A stretch of 64,000 bases of DNA from NCBI GenBank assembly GCA_021822485.1, contig JAKAQP010000002.1:10120-74119 (forward strand). Direction: 5' to 3'. The stretch is from a bacterium (GTDB lineage Bacteria; SZUA-79; Acidulodesulfobacterales; Acidulodesulfobacteraceae). The position numbers and the translations under genes are program-made. Under the pieces are notes generated by a model that searched no databases, was not told where the DNA came from, and saw nothing but the letters and a program-made list of their open reading frames with translations. Below, piece after piece: positions 18,910 to 27,445 of the stretch. How positions within the stretch are numbered: the stretch's first letter is position 1; each line of letters starts with the position of its first letter.

Positions 18910-20199
18910 ATGCAGGATAAAAAAACCGCTAAAACATTACTTGATATTACCGCTGAAAATATTAAAAAAATTAAGGACAGCGAAATTATTTCCGTTGAAG
19001 ATTCGCTCGGCAGAATAATATCGGAAGATATAATTCCGAAAAACGAGGTTCCTCCTTTTATAAGATCGGCCGTTGACGGTTTTGCGGTTATATCAAGCGA
19101 TTTTTTAGAAAAAAAAATAAATAAATTCAGGGTAGAAAACCAAATAACCGCAGGTTATTCAAAAGAAATAAAACCGCTTAATTCGGGAGAAGCCGCTTTC
19201 GTAACTACGGGCGCTCCTATTCCTTCCAATGCCGACAGCGTGGTATTAATAGAAGAAGTAGAAGAATATGCCGGCGGATATATGATTTACAAAAAGAAAG
19301 TAGAAAAAGGTTCGTATATATCTCCCATAGGAGACGACATTAAGGCGGGTGAAGTCCTTTTTAAGAAAGGCCATAGAATAAGATTATGCGATATTGCCGC
19401 CTTATCCGGAATAGGAATGAGTTCGGTTTCCGTTTATAAAAAACCTCTGGTAGGAATATTGTCCGGCGGAAATGAACTTACTGCGCCCGGCGAAAAATTA
19501 AAAAAAAATAGGATATATGATATAAATACCACCGTTCTTAAATCTTTAGTTAAAGATGCAGGAGGCGTTCCTGAAGTAATAGGCGCCGTTGAAGATGATT
19601 TTGAAAAAATAACTCAAACATTAAAAGAAGCCGACGAGTCTTCAAAATACGATCTGATTATATCTACCGGTGGAACGGGCGCCAGTTTTTTGGTTTTGGA
19701 AAATAAAGAGATAAAAAACTTTTACGACCTGGTTCCTTCCGCTATAGAAAAGACTGGAAAATTATTGTTCCACGGAGTAAAATTAGTTCCCGGCAAGCCG
19801 ACGTCGTTCGGCATGCTTAATAACGGCACGCCTATTTTTGCGCTTGCGGGCTGGCCTTATTCCGTTCTAATTACGTTCGACCTGTTCGTAAGGCCTGCTG
19901 TACAAAGAATGTCTAACTATAAAGACCTGTATAAAAGGTACCCTTCCGTTAAAGCCGCTTTAAAAAATGATATAATAAAAGAAGAAGGCGTAAGAAAATA
20001 TTTTCAGGTTAAGTTAACTAAAAGCGGCGATTTTTTATATGCGGAAATAATATCCGCTCCTAAGCCTCCGTCTGCCGCAAGATCATTAAGTCCAATGATA
20101 AAAGCCGACGGCAGTTTTGTCATGGAAGAGCATATTACGAATTTAAAAGCCGGATGTTTTATAGACGTTACGTTAAACGATTACGAAATAGAATATTAA
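18910..20199 (+). CDS. moeA: molybdopterin molybdotransferase MoeA
   Basis: 429 aa. MoeA-type domain order with VTTGAPIP, the MoCF-binding core STGGTGAS, and PGKPTSFG. Confidence 0.85.
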   Translation: MQDKKTAKTLLDITAENIKKIKDSEIISVEDSLGRIISEDIIPKNEVPPFIRSAVDGFAVISSDFLEKKINKFRVENQITAGYSKEIKPLNSGEAAFVTTGAPIPSNADSVVLIEEVEEYAGGYMIYKKKVEKGSYISPIGDDIKAGEVLFKKGHRIRLCDIAALSGIGMSSVSVYKKPLVGILSGGNELTAPGEKLKKNRIYDINTTVLKSLVKDAGGVPEVIGAVEDDFEKITQTLKEADESSKYDLIISTGGTGASFLVLENKEIKNFYDLVPSAIEKTGKLLFHGVKLVPGKPTSFGMLNNGTPIFALAGWPYSVLITFDLFVRPAVQRMSNYKDLYKRYPSVKAALKNDIIKEEGVRKYFQVKLTKSGDFLYAEIISAPKPPSAARSLSPMIKADGSFVMEEHITNLKAGCFIDVTLNDYEIEY

Positions 20200-20211
20200 T
20201 AAAAAATAATT

Positions 20212-21054
20212 ATGAAACAGCATTTATTTGAATTATTTGAAAATAAAGAATACGATTCAAATTTTGAAAGATTTAAATTTAAAATCCCGTCCTTAAGAGT
20301 TTCTCTTTTGGGCAAATGCAATGAAAACTGTTTTTACTGCCATAACGAAGGCGTTCCCAAAAAAATTTCTTCGACTATTCAGACCGGAGATATAATAAAC
20401 GTCGTATATTCGCTTAAAAATTTCGGACTTAAAAAAATTAAATTTACCGGCGGCGAACCTCTGCTCTATAAAGATTTAAAAAATCTTTTATATAAGGTCA
20501 AACATATCAATGATTTAAAACTATATATTACGACTAACGGCACTCTTATAAGAAAAAGAATAAAAGACCTTAGCCCTAATATTATAGATAAAATATCTGT
20601 AAGCTTAGATACGTTAGACGCTCATTTTTATAAATATATTACAGGTAAAGACTACTTAGACGAAGTTTTTTTAGGGCTTCGGATGCTAAAAAAATTCGGT
20701 TATAATGTAGAAATAGACGCAGTTTTACTGAAAAATATAAATTCTGCAAAGCCGTCATTAAACGAATTAATAGATTATTGCGTAAATAACGATTTTGATT
20801 TGCAGTTTATAGAATTATCGAACGAAACTGACGAGGCTTTGTATTCGAAGTTTTATGTCGACCCATACTTAACGTTAAAGAAAGCGGGATTAGATTTTTC
20901 AAACAACGATACAAACGACAGACAGTTTTTTAAAATTAAAAATTCTAAAATTACGCTATGCAGAAAGGTAAACGATGTCTGTAAATCTACCGGAGACAGA
21001 TGCAGCGGCATGAGGCTTCTGCCTAACGGCGTTCTTAGAAATTTCTATTATTAA
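20212..21054 (+). CDS. moaA: GTP 3',8-cyclase MoaA-like radical SAM protein (compact)
   Basis: 280 aa. CNENCFYC (C-X3-C-X2-C) radical-SAM cluster, GGEPLL motif, and C-terminal Cys triad C...C...C followed by RLLPNGVL (the MoaA second-cluster region). Confidence 0.7.
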   Translation: MKQHLFELFENKEYDSNFERFKFKIPSLRVSLLGKCNENCFYCHNEGVPKKISSTIQTGDIINVVYSLKNFGLKKIKFTGGEPLLYKDLKNLLYKVKHINDLKLYITTNGTLIRKRIKDLSPNIIDKISVSLDTLDAHFYKYITGKDYLDEVFLGLRMLKKFGYNVEIDAVLLKNINSAKPSLNELIDYCVNNDFDLQFIELSNETDEALYSKFYVDPYLTLKKAGLDFSNNDTNDRQFFKIKNSKITLCRKVNDVCKSTGDRCSGMRLLPNGVLRNFYY

Positions 21055-21077
21055 ATATTAGAGGTAAATAAACTTAA

Positions 21078-21563
21078 ATGATAGTCGAACTTAAAGGAAA
21101 AGAAGCCGGGTTAACGTTTGAATGCATGCATATAGTGCCTGGAAGAGGAGACTGTTCTAGAATACATCCTCATTTCCATTACGTGAACGTTTTAATAGAC
21201 GGAGAATTCGACGATAAAAGAAGGATAGTCCATCTATATAACTTAAAAGCGGTTATAAAAAGAATATGTTCTATGTTTGAAGATAAAATATTAATAGCCG
21301 ATTATCCGGAAAGCGTTCAGCGTATTGCCATAGAAGAACAGCATTACAGAATTGAAATTAACGGCAAAATGTATCTTATACCGAAAGCCGATATTTTTAA
21401 AATAAAGTGCCCGTCGCTTAATATTGAAGATTTGACGGTTTATTTCGCCGACGAACTTGCCTCAGATTTAAAAAACAGAGAAATGTTTAACCCTATAAAT
21501 TATTTTGAAGTTACGTTAAGCGAAGGCCACGGTCAAAGAGGCAGAATAAAGATAGAGTTATAA
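21078..21563 (+). CDS. divergent PTPS/QueD-like (T-fold) protein embedded in the Moco cluster
   Basis: 161 aa with SD AGAGG. FECMHIVPGRGDCSRIHPHFHYVNV aligns with the QueD signature FSSAHALRGYQGKCENVHGHNWKVE of the paralogue at 4810 (His, Cys, H-x-H conserved, one residue shorter). Confidence 0.45.
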   Translation: MIVELKGKEAGLTFECMHIVPGRGDCSRIHPHFHYVNVLIDGEFDDKRRIVHLYNLKAVIKRICSMFEDKILIADYPESVQRIAIEEQHYRIEINGKMYLIPKADIFKIKCPSLNIEDLTVYFADELASDLKNREMFNPINYFEVTLSEGHGQRGRIKIEL

Positions 21564-21588
21564 TTTTGCGACCGTGTTATTTAATTAA

Positions 21589-22542
21589 ATGCAAAAATTG
21601 AGCTGTATAATACTTGCCGGCGGCGAATCTAAAAGATTTGGAGAAAATAAAGTTTTTTTTAATTTTAACGGAAAATCATTTATAGAAAGAGCGGCAGAAA
21701 CAGCGTTAAAATTAAATGGAGATATAATAATTTCGGCAAGAGAAAAAGAAAGCGCCGAACTGTATAGTAATGAATTAAAAAAAAAATTGAATATAAATCC
21801 GCATGTAATAGCTGACGATAAAAACTGCGGCTTTATAGGGCCGCTTAGAGGAATTTACAGTTGTATTAAGCATCTTAAAGGCAAATACGTTCTTGTTATG
21901 GAATGCGACGCGCCTTTATTTAATTTTTCGGCGGCAAACGAGCTTATAAAAAAAATGGAGAAGGAGAAAGTCTGTGCGGTACTGCCTTTATGGCCGGATT
22001 CTACCGTAGAGCCGCTCCTCGGTATTTATAATATAAAAAAAACGGCTACAATTTTAGATATGTTAAACGATTATGCATTGAATCTTGAAAAAAATTTTCT
22101 TTTTAAGGATTCGGTGAATATTTCAAGATTTTTGCCGTCCGTATATTATTACAATATATTAGATATAATAAGAAAAAATTCGGATTTAAAAATTGAATTT
22201 TTTATGAATATTAATTCTAAGGACGATATTGAAAATTACTTGGCGGGAAAAATTAATACCGGTAGAAAAAAATACGCTAAAAGCGTAAAAATAAGAAAGG
22301 CAAACAGATTTTTCGACGTAAAAAATCCGGCGGGGAAACCGTTAGGCATACTTGCAAACGCGCTTTATTACTGGTGGATATATTCAAAAACGGGAAATTA
22401 CATATATTTAAAAAAGTCATACAGTTGTTTTAAAAAAGACGCCGATAAATATTATGCAGACGGATTAGATTTTATGGGCGGAAAATTAATTAAAACGATA
22501 CGCGGCCATGTAGGTGCATTTAGTCAAGAAATATGCAAGTAA
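21589..22542 (+). CDS. mobA: molybdenum cofactor guanylyl/cytidylyltransferase (MobA-like) with an uncharacterised C-terminal extension of about 120 aa
   Basis: 317 aa. N-terminal ILAGGESKRFG nucleotide-binding motif and a MobA-like fold up to about residue 190. The remaining Tyr/Lys-rich tail has no motif I recognise. Confidence 0.7.
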   Translation: MQKLSCIILAGGESKRFGENKVFFNFNGKSFIERAAETALKLNGDIIISAREKESAELYSNELKKKLNINPHVIADDKNCGFIGPLRGIYSCIKHLKGKYVLVMECDAPLFNFSAANELIKKMEKEKVCAVLPLWPDSTVEPLLGIYNIKKTATILDMLNDYALNLEKNFLFKDSVNISRFLPSVYYYNILDIIRKNSDLKIEFFMNINSKDDIENYLAGKINTGRKKYAKSVKIRKANRFFDVKNPAGKPLGILANALYYWWIYSKTGNYIYLKKSYSCFKKDADKYYADGLDFMGGKLIKTIRGHVGAFSQEICK

Positions 22543-22572
22543 ACAAAAATAATAAAATAAAAAGAGGTTGTT

Positions 22573-23121
22573 ATGAGTAAAAAACTTACCAATTTAGAGG
22601 AAGATTTAAAGAAAAATCAAATAGAAATAATGCTCTATCCCTCAAAATGCGACGGATGCGAAAGCGAAGGTTTTGCGGCATGCGTAAAAGCATGCGAATC
22701 GCATATGGCTGAAAAATACGGCTCAAAATATACGGGAGCCAGAATAAATATAAAAAAGAAAGGAAACAAATTTTTTCCTCTGATATGCCACAATTGCGAT
22801 GAGGCGCCATGCGTCGATGCATGTATGCCGGGTGCAAGATATAAAGACTTGGAATCGGGATGGACGGTAACAAACTATAAAAAATGCGTCGGATGCTGGA
22901 TGTGCGTAATGTCGTGTCCGTTCGGAGCTATAGAAAGAATAGGAAAAGGCCATTTTGCTTCAAAATGCGACGGCTGTTCGGACGAGGATACCCCGAAATG
23001 CGTAGAAGCCTGTAAGAAAGGGGCACTAAAAAGAATAGGAATTAAAAATTATTCATATGAAAGAAGACTTTCCGTCGCAAAAAAAATATACGGACCATAT
23101 ATAAAATCAATAGTTAAGTAA
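22573..23121 (+). CDS. polyferredoxin (multiple 4Fe-4S sites)
   Basis: 182 aa with SD AGAGG. Cys groups CDGCESEGFAACVKAC, CHNCDEAPCVDAC, CVGCWMCVMSCP, CDGC...CVEAC. Confidence 0.75.
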   Translation: MSKKLTNLEEDLKKNQIEIMLYPSKCDGCESEGFAACVKACESHMAEKYGSKYTGARINIKKKGNKFFPLICHNCDEAPCVDACMPGARYKDLESGWTVTNYKKCVGCWMCVMSCPFGAIERIGKGHFASKCDGCSDEDTPKCVEACKKGALKRIGIKNYSYERRLSVAKKIYGPYIKSIVK

Positions 23122-23142
23122 TATTAAAAAGGGGACAAGATT

Positions 23143-24468
23143 ATGAAATACGTTATTATAGGAAATTCATACGCGGGCTTATCCTGCGCCGATGCAATCA
23201 GGCGTTTCGACAAGTCCGGAGAAGTCGTAATAATATCTGACGAAAACTATAGGGCTTATGCTAGGCCTTTGATTTCATATTATTTAGAAGGAAAAACTAC
23301 AGACGAAACAATATGGTATAAAGAAGACGATTATTACGAAAAAAATAATTTCGATTTAATGCTTGGGAAAAAAGTAGTTTCAGTAGATACCTCTGCTAAA
23401 AGGTTAGTTTTGGATGACGGATCTGCCGTGAATTACGACAAACTTTTTATAGGCCCGGGGGGAACGCCTTTTATACCGCCGACGGAAGGATTTAATCCGG
23501 ATTCTCCTATGATGGGTACCTTTACCAGGTTCGACGATGCAAAAAAAATGGAAAAAGCTGCAAAAATGTCTAAAAGAAAAGAGGCGATAGTCGTAGGCGG
23601 CGGACTTATAGGGCTTAAGGCATCCGAAGGACTAAGAGCCTTAGGGCTTCATACGACGATAGTAGAATTACTGCCGAGAGTTCTGGGACTTGCTCTCGAC
23701 GAAGTATCCGGAAATATTACGTCTAAAAGACTTAACGAAAACGGCATAGATACGGCTACCGGCGAAACCGTTACCAAGATTAATTTAGACGAATCCGGCA
23801 ATCCGGTCAGCGTTTTATTGAAAAGCGGCAAAGAATTGCCTGCGGATATCGTCGTAGTCGGCGTAGGCGTAAGACCCAACGTCGGATTTCTCGAGGGAAG
23901 CGGAATAAAAATAGACAGAGGCATAATAGTCGATAAAACTATGATGACGAACGTTAAGGACGTATATGCCGGAGGAGACGCCGCCGTAATTTACGATATA
24001 TTGAACAAGCGTCCGAATATTATTGCAATAGTGCCTCTGGCTTGCGAAGAAGGCAGGGTTGCAGGTACGAATATGGCAGGCGTTTACAGGGAATACCCGG
24101 GCGGTATGGGTTTAAATTCCGTCGAAATTTACGGACTTCCGATAGTGACTATAGGTTTAACCAATCCTTCTAACGAAACGCAAAATGTTTACGTATTTCA
24201 AGACGATAAGATTTACAGAAAATTAGTATACGACGGAGAAGTTCTCGTAGGAGCCATACTCCTCGGCGATATTTCCGGCAGCGGAATATTATCCGCAATT
24301 ATAAGGCAGGGATTAAAATGCCTCAAATATAAAGACGAATTTTTAAACGGCAACATATATTCGTTCGTTATAGATAACGAATTTGAAATATACAATATAA
24401 ATGAAGGTTACGCCATAAGGGGAGACTTCGAAGACCTTCCCGAATTTTCAAGGACTAACTGGCGGTAA
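23143..24468 (+). CDS. FAD-dependent pyridine-nucleotide oxidoreductase (NirB N-terminal / rubredoxin-reductase-like)
   Basis: 441 aa with SD GGGGA. FAD fold VIIGNSYAGLS, NAD(P) fold VVGGGLIGLKASE, GGDAA motif. There is no CoA-disulfide-reductase-type active-site Cys (the sequence there reads YARPLISYYL). Confidence 0.8.
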   Translation: MKYVIIGNSYAGLSCADAIRRFDKSGEVVIISDENYRAYARPLISYYLEGKTTDETIWYKEDDYYEKNNFDLMLGKKVVSVDTSAKRLVLDDGSAVNYDKLFIGPGGTPFIPPTEGFNPDSPMMGTFTRFDDAKKMEKAAKMSKRKEAIVVGGGLIGLKASEGLRALGLHTTIVELLPRVLGLALDEVSGNITSKRLNENGIDTATGETVTKINLDESGNPVSVLLKSGKELPADIVVVGVGVRPNVGFLEGSGIKIDRGIIVDKTMMTNVKDVYAGGDAAVIYDILNKRPNIIAIVPLACEEGRVAGTNMAGVYREYPGGMGLNSVEIYGLPIVTIGLTNPSNETQNVYVFQDDKIYRKLVYDGEVLVGAILLGDISGSGILSAIIRQGLKCLKYKDEFLNGNIYSFVIDNEFEIYNINEGYAIRGDFEDLPEFSRTNWR

Positions 24469-24597
24469 CCGGCAATTAACATATTAAAGTCGATAATACG
24501 TCAAAAAAAAATGTTATTAACGCCGAAGTTTTAATTTGACAATATATAATTTCATATAATTTCAGTATATTACGCATATAAAAAGCGGTGATAAATT

Positions 24598-24792
24598 ATG
24601 AATAGCGAAAACGAAAAGCCTCTTACCGTTTTACTGGAAGAGTTATTAATAGAAGTGCGCTCCGTATCTTCCGAAAATTTCGATAAGTGGTATGAAAAGA
24701 AAAGGAAGGTTTTTAACATAGGCGTTAAAAATTATCCCACGAAAGAAGAATTCATAAAATATGTAAACTACGCATTAAGCATCGGGCATTAA
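24598..24792 (+). CDS. hypothetical 64-aa protein
   Basis: ORF only, with a weak SD (GGTGA). No motif. Confidence 0.3.
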   Translation: MNSENEKPLTVLLEELLIEVRSVSSENFDKWYEKKRKVFNIGVKNYPTKEEFIKYVNYALSIGH

Positions 24793-24816
24793 ATTATCTC
24801 CGCATTTTCAAATTTT

Positions 24817-24855
24817 CCTATTTGTGACAGGGTCAGAATTGAATTCTGCCCCTGT
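24817..24855 (-). repeat. palindromic box-hairpin element, copy A
   Basis: CCTATTTGTG box, then the 14+1+14 palindrome ACAGGGTCAGAATT-G-AATTCTGCCCCTGT (one T:C mismatch). It ends 2 nt before the ATPase stop codon. Confidence 0.8.
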
Positions 24856-24857
24856 AT

Positions 24858-27191
24858 TTATTTCAGTTTTTCCATCAGGGGTTTCTTGATGTAGTCTAAC
24901 GCAACCATATAAATAAAAGTCGCCGCAAGCAGTATAAATATATATGTGAAAGGAACTTTAGCCATGAGTATGCCGAAACCCGCCATTAAAGTTATAATTA
25001 TTAAATCTAAAGCGCTTGCAATCATCAAATAGTTTCCCGGCTTAGAACTCCAGAAATGACGTTCTTCTCTTACTAAATAAACGGTTGCCTGTGCGCTGAA
25101 TACTAAAGATAAAAACGTAAATGTTTGAACCTCAGGCAAGCTCATTCCTATAGAGTAATACCCGATATAATATGAAATAAAAGAATAAATCAGCCATGCT
25201 CCAGCTATTATAAGAGATGCCGATACTATAAGTTTTATTTTCCATTTATCCGGTTTATTGGAATATACTGCATTGTCTTTAGCTATAGACATAGTTACAA
25301 AATCGTTCGCAAAAATCAATATAAGAATAAGTTTTGGAGTAGTAACGAACTTCCCGAAAAATATAAGACCTAAACTCAAAAAAAGAGCAACCTGAAAAGT
25401 TTTTGATATTTTATTTAAAGTATAAGTCAGCATTCTCCTGTAAACCATTCTGCCGTATTTTACGGCATCCACGATATTTGCAAGACCCGGTTCCGTCAAT
25501 ATCAGGCTCGCCGATGCCTTTGCAACGTCCGTGGCATTAGCTACGGCAATGCCGACCTCCGCCTGTTTAAGCGCAGGTGCATCGTTTACTCCGTCCCCAG
25601 TCATTCCGGTAATCTTTTTTAGTTTCTGCAAACCCTGTACGAGATGAAACTTGTCTTCGGGGAAAACTCCCGCAAACACGTCACATCCGGATGGATTTTT
25701 AAATTTTTCTTTAGTGCAGACATTGTCCCCAAGCCCGATTAAGCCGGCAGTTGTTTTAGCGGTGAGTTCCGTATCTCCGGTAACCATACGCACTCTAATT
25801 CCTAATTTTTTAAGTTCATTTAATAATTTTTTAGAATCTTTCCTTGGAGGATCGGAAAGTCCTAAAATTCCGACAGCAAAATATTTATTTTCTTTTTCGT
25901 TTTTAATAGTTACTGCTATTACTCTATAACCCATAGCCTCGAATTTTTCGGATGCTTCTCTAAGTTTTTTTGCATCGTTTTCGTCGAGATTTTTTTCAAC
26001 TATTATAGGCGAACCTTTAATCGAACTAATTAATTTTTTTTCGCCTTTTTCAGATACTTCGAGCAATGCTTCCGCTCTTTTCGTCTGGGGGTCGAACGGC
26101 GTAAATTTAACCGTTTTTCCTATTTCCGGCAGGCTCAATTTATTGTTTTTTATGTAAGACAATATAGATAAATCTATGGGGTCCTGCGTAGATTCATCTG
26201 ATGCCGCCGCTGCGTAAGCAAAAAGTTCATTTTCGCCGAAAGGTTCAATCGGTTTAAAATCCGTAAGAAAAAGCGCATTTTCAGTTAAAGTGCCGGTTTT
26301 ATCGGAACATAATTCTTCCATAGATGCAATATCTTCTATTGCTGAAAGATGCGTTACCAATATTCCTCTGTTTGCAAGTTCCATAGAAGCAAGCGCTGTA
26401 GCCAAAGTAAAAGTAACCGGAAGAGCGACCGGTATAGACGCTACTAAGAGGATTAAAGCAAAGGGCAGCATTTCGGCAAAATTCAATTTGTATATAAGGG
26501 CGTATGCAAGTATTAAAACTACGAGAATGCCGTCAATCATAATAAAATAGCGTACGATTTTTAAAATTAATTCTTCTATATGGCCCTTAGTTTTTGCCGA
26601 TTTTATAAGTTCCGCCGTTTTCCCGAAATAGCTTTTTTCACCGGTCGCCGTAACCTTGCAGGTGGCTTCTCCTCTTTTAATTACGGAACCGGAATATACG
26701 AGTCCGCCTTCGTTTCTATCTACGGGCTGAGATTCTCCGGTTAAAGCCGACTGGTCAACCAATACGTTACCGGAAATAATTTCGGTATCCGCCGGAACCA
26801 AATCGCCCATTCGTACGTGAATTGCGTCTCCCGGAACCAATTGTTCCGCACTTAATTTGACCCACTTTCCGTCCCTTAAAACCCTGGACATAATTTTTAA
26901 CTGCTTTTTCAAAAGTTCGAGAGCTTTTTCAGCCTTATTTTCCTGCTGAAAAGATATTATAGCGTTAAATAGGATTAAACCGATAATAATATATGCTTCT
27001 ATGTTTTTTCCGAGTATTAATTCGATAATAAAGGTAAACTCAAGCATCCACGCAACAGGATTCCAAAATTTTAAAAGAAAAATTTCGACGGGATGCTTTT
27101 TTTTCTCTTTTATTTCGTTTAATCCATAACGTTTAGTCAGTTCTTCTGCTTCCGAAGACGATAGCCCTTTAATTTCTTTGTCCATATCCAT
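24858..27191 (-). CDS. P-type cation-transporting ATPase, P3A (plasma-membrane H+-ATPase)-like
   Basis: DKTGTLT phosphorylation site, TGES, MVTGD, GDGVNDAPALK. N-terminal GLSSSEAEELTKRYGLNEI and a length of about 777 aa resemble prokaryotic P3A pumps. The ORF track starts at 27248, but the first 19 codons translate repeat copy B. ATG 27191 (MDMDKEIKG) has a GGAG 9 nt upstream. Confidence 0.85.
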   Translation of the reverse strand: MDMDKEIKGLSSSEAEELTKRYGLNEIKEKKKHPVEIFLLKFWNPVAWMLEFTFIIELILGKNIEAYIIIGLILFNAIISFQQENKAEKALELLKKQLKIMSRVLRDGKWVKLSAEQLVPGDAIHVRMGDLVPADTEIISGNVLVDQSALTGESQPVDRNEGGLVYSGSVIKRGEATCKVTATGEKSYFGKTAELIKSAKTKGHIEELILKIVRYFIMIDGILVVLILAYALIYKLNFAEMLPFALILLVASIPVALPVTFTLATALASMELANRGILVTHLSAIEDIASMEELCSDKTGTLTENALFLTDFKPIEPFGENELFAYAAAASDESTQDPIDLSILSYIKNNKLSLPEIGKTVKFTPFDPQTKRAEALLEVSEKGEKKLISSIKGSPIIVEKNLDENDAKKLREASEKFEAMGYRVIAVTIKNEKENKYFAVGILGLSDPPRKDSKKLLNELKKLGIRVRMVTGDTELTAKTTAGLIGLGDNVCTKEKFKNPSGCDVFAGVFPEDKFHLVQGLQKLKKITGMTGDGVNDAPALKQAEVGIAVANATDVAKASASLILTEPGLANIVDAVKYGRMVYRRMLTYTLNKISKTFQVALFLSLGLIFFGKFVTTPKLILILIFANDFVTMSIAKDNAVYSNKPDKWKIKLIVSASLIIAGAWLIYSFISYYIGYYSIGMSLPEVQTFTFLSLVFSAQATVYLVREERHFWSSKPGNYLMIASALDLIIITLMAGFGILMAKVPFTYIFILLAATFIYMVALDYIKKPLMEKLK

Positions 27192-27202
27192 ATTTATTCT
27201 CT

Positions 27203-27240
27203 CCAATTTGTGACAGGGGCAGAATTGAATTATGTCCCCA
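27203..27240 (-). repeat. palindromic box-hairpin element, copy B
   Basis: CCAATTTGTG box plus ACAGGGGCAGAATT-G-AATTATGTCCCCA. On the mRNA-sense strand its box region supplies the GGAG SD of the ATPase gene. Confidence 0.8.
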
Positions 27241-27244
27241 TTTT

Positions 27245-27283
27245 CCAATTTGTGACAGTGGCAGAATTCAATTCTGTTCCTGT
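27245..27283 (-). repeat. palindromic box-hairpin element, copy C
   Basis: CCAATTTGTG box plus ACAGTGGCAGAATT-C-AATTCTGTTCCTGT. About 88 percent identical to copy A over 50 nt, including the shared flank CCTGTATTTA. Confidence 0.8.
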
Positions 27284-27445
27284 ATTTAAAAAATTAATCT
27301 GTTAAATTTATTTTAAATTTTGTTATAATGAATAATATACTACTTTGACGCTATATTCTAATTTTTACGATTTTATATTATACATCAATATGTTTTATGT
27401 ATACAAATAAATACGATAAATACCAAACGATAAACGGTAAAAATT

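Noticed and set aside
27192-27248. N-terminal extensions of the ATPase ORF (27192-27248) and of the MvhD-like ORF (56641-56694).
   Set aside because: Both extensions are simply translations of the palindromic repeat copies B and G2. Internal ATGs with proper GGAG spacing coincide with the start of family homology.
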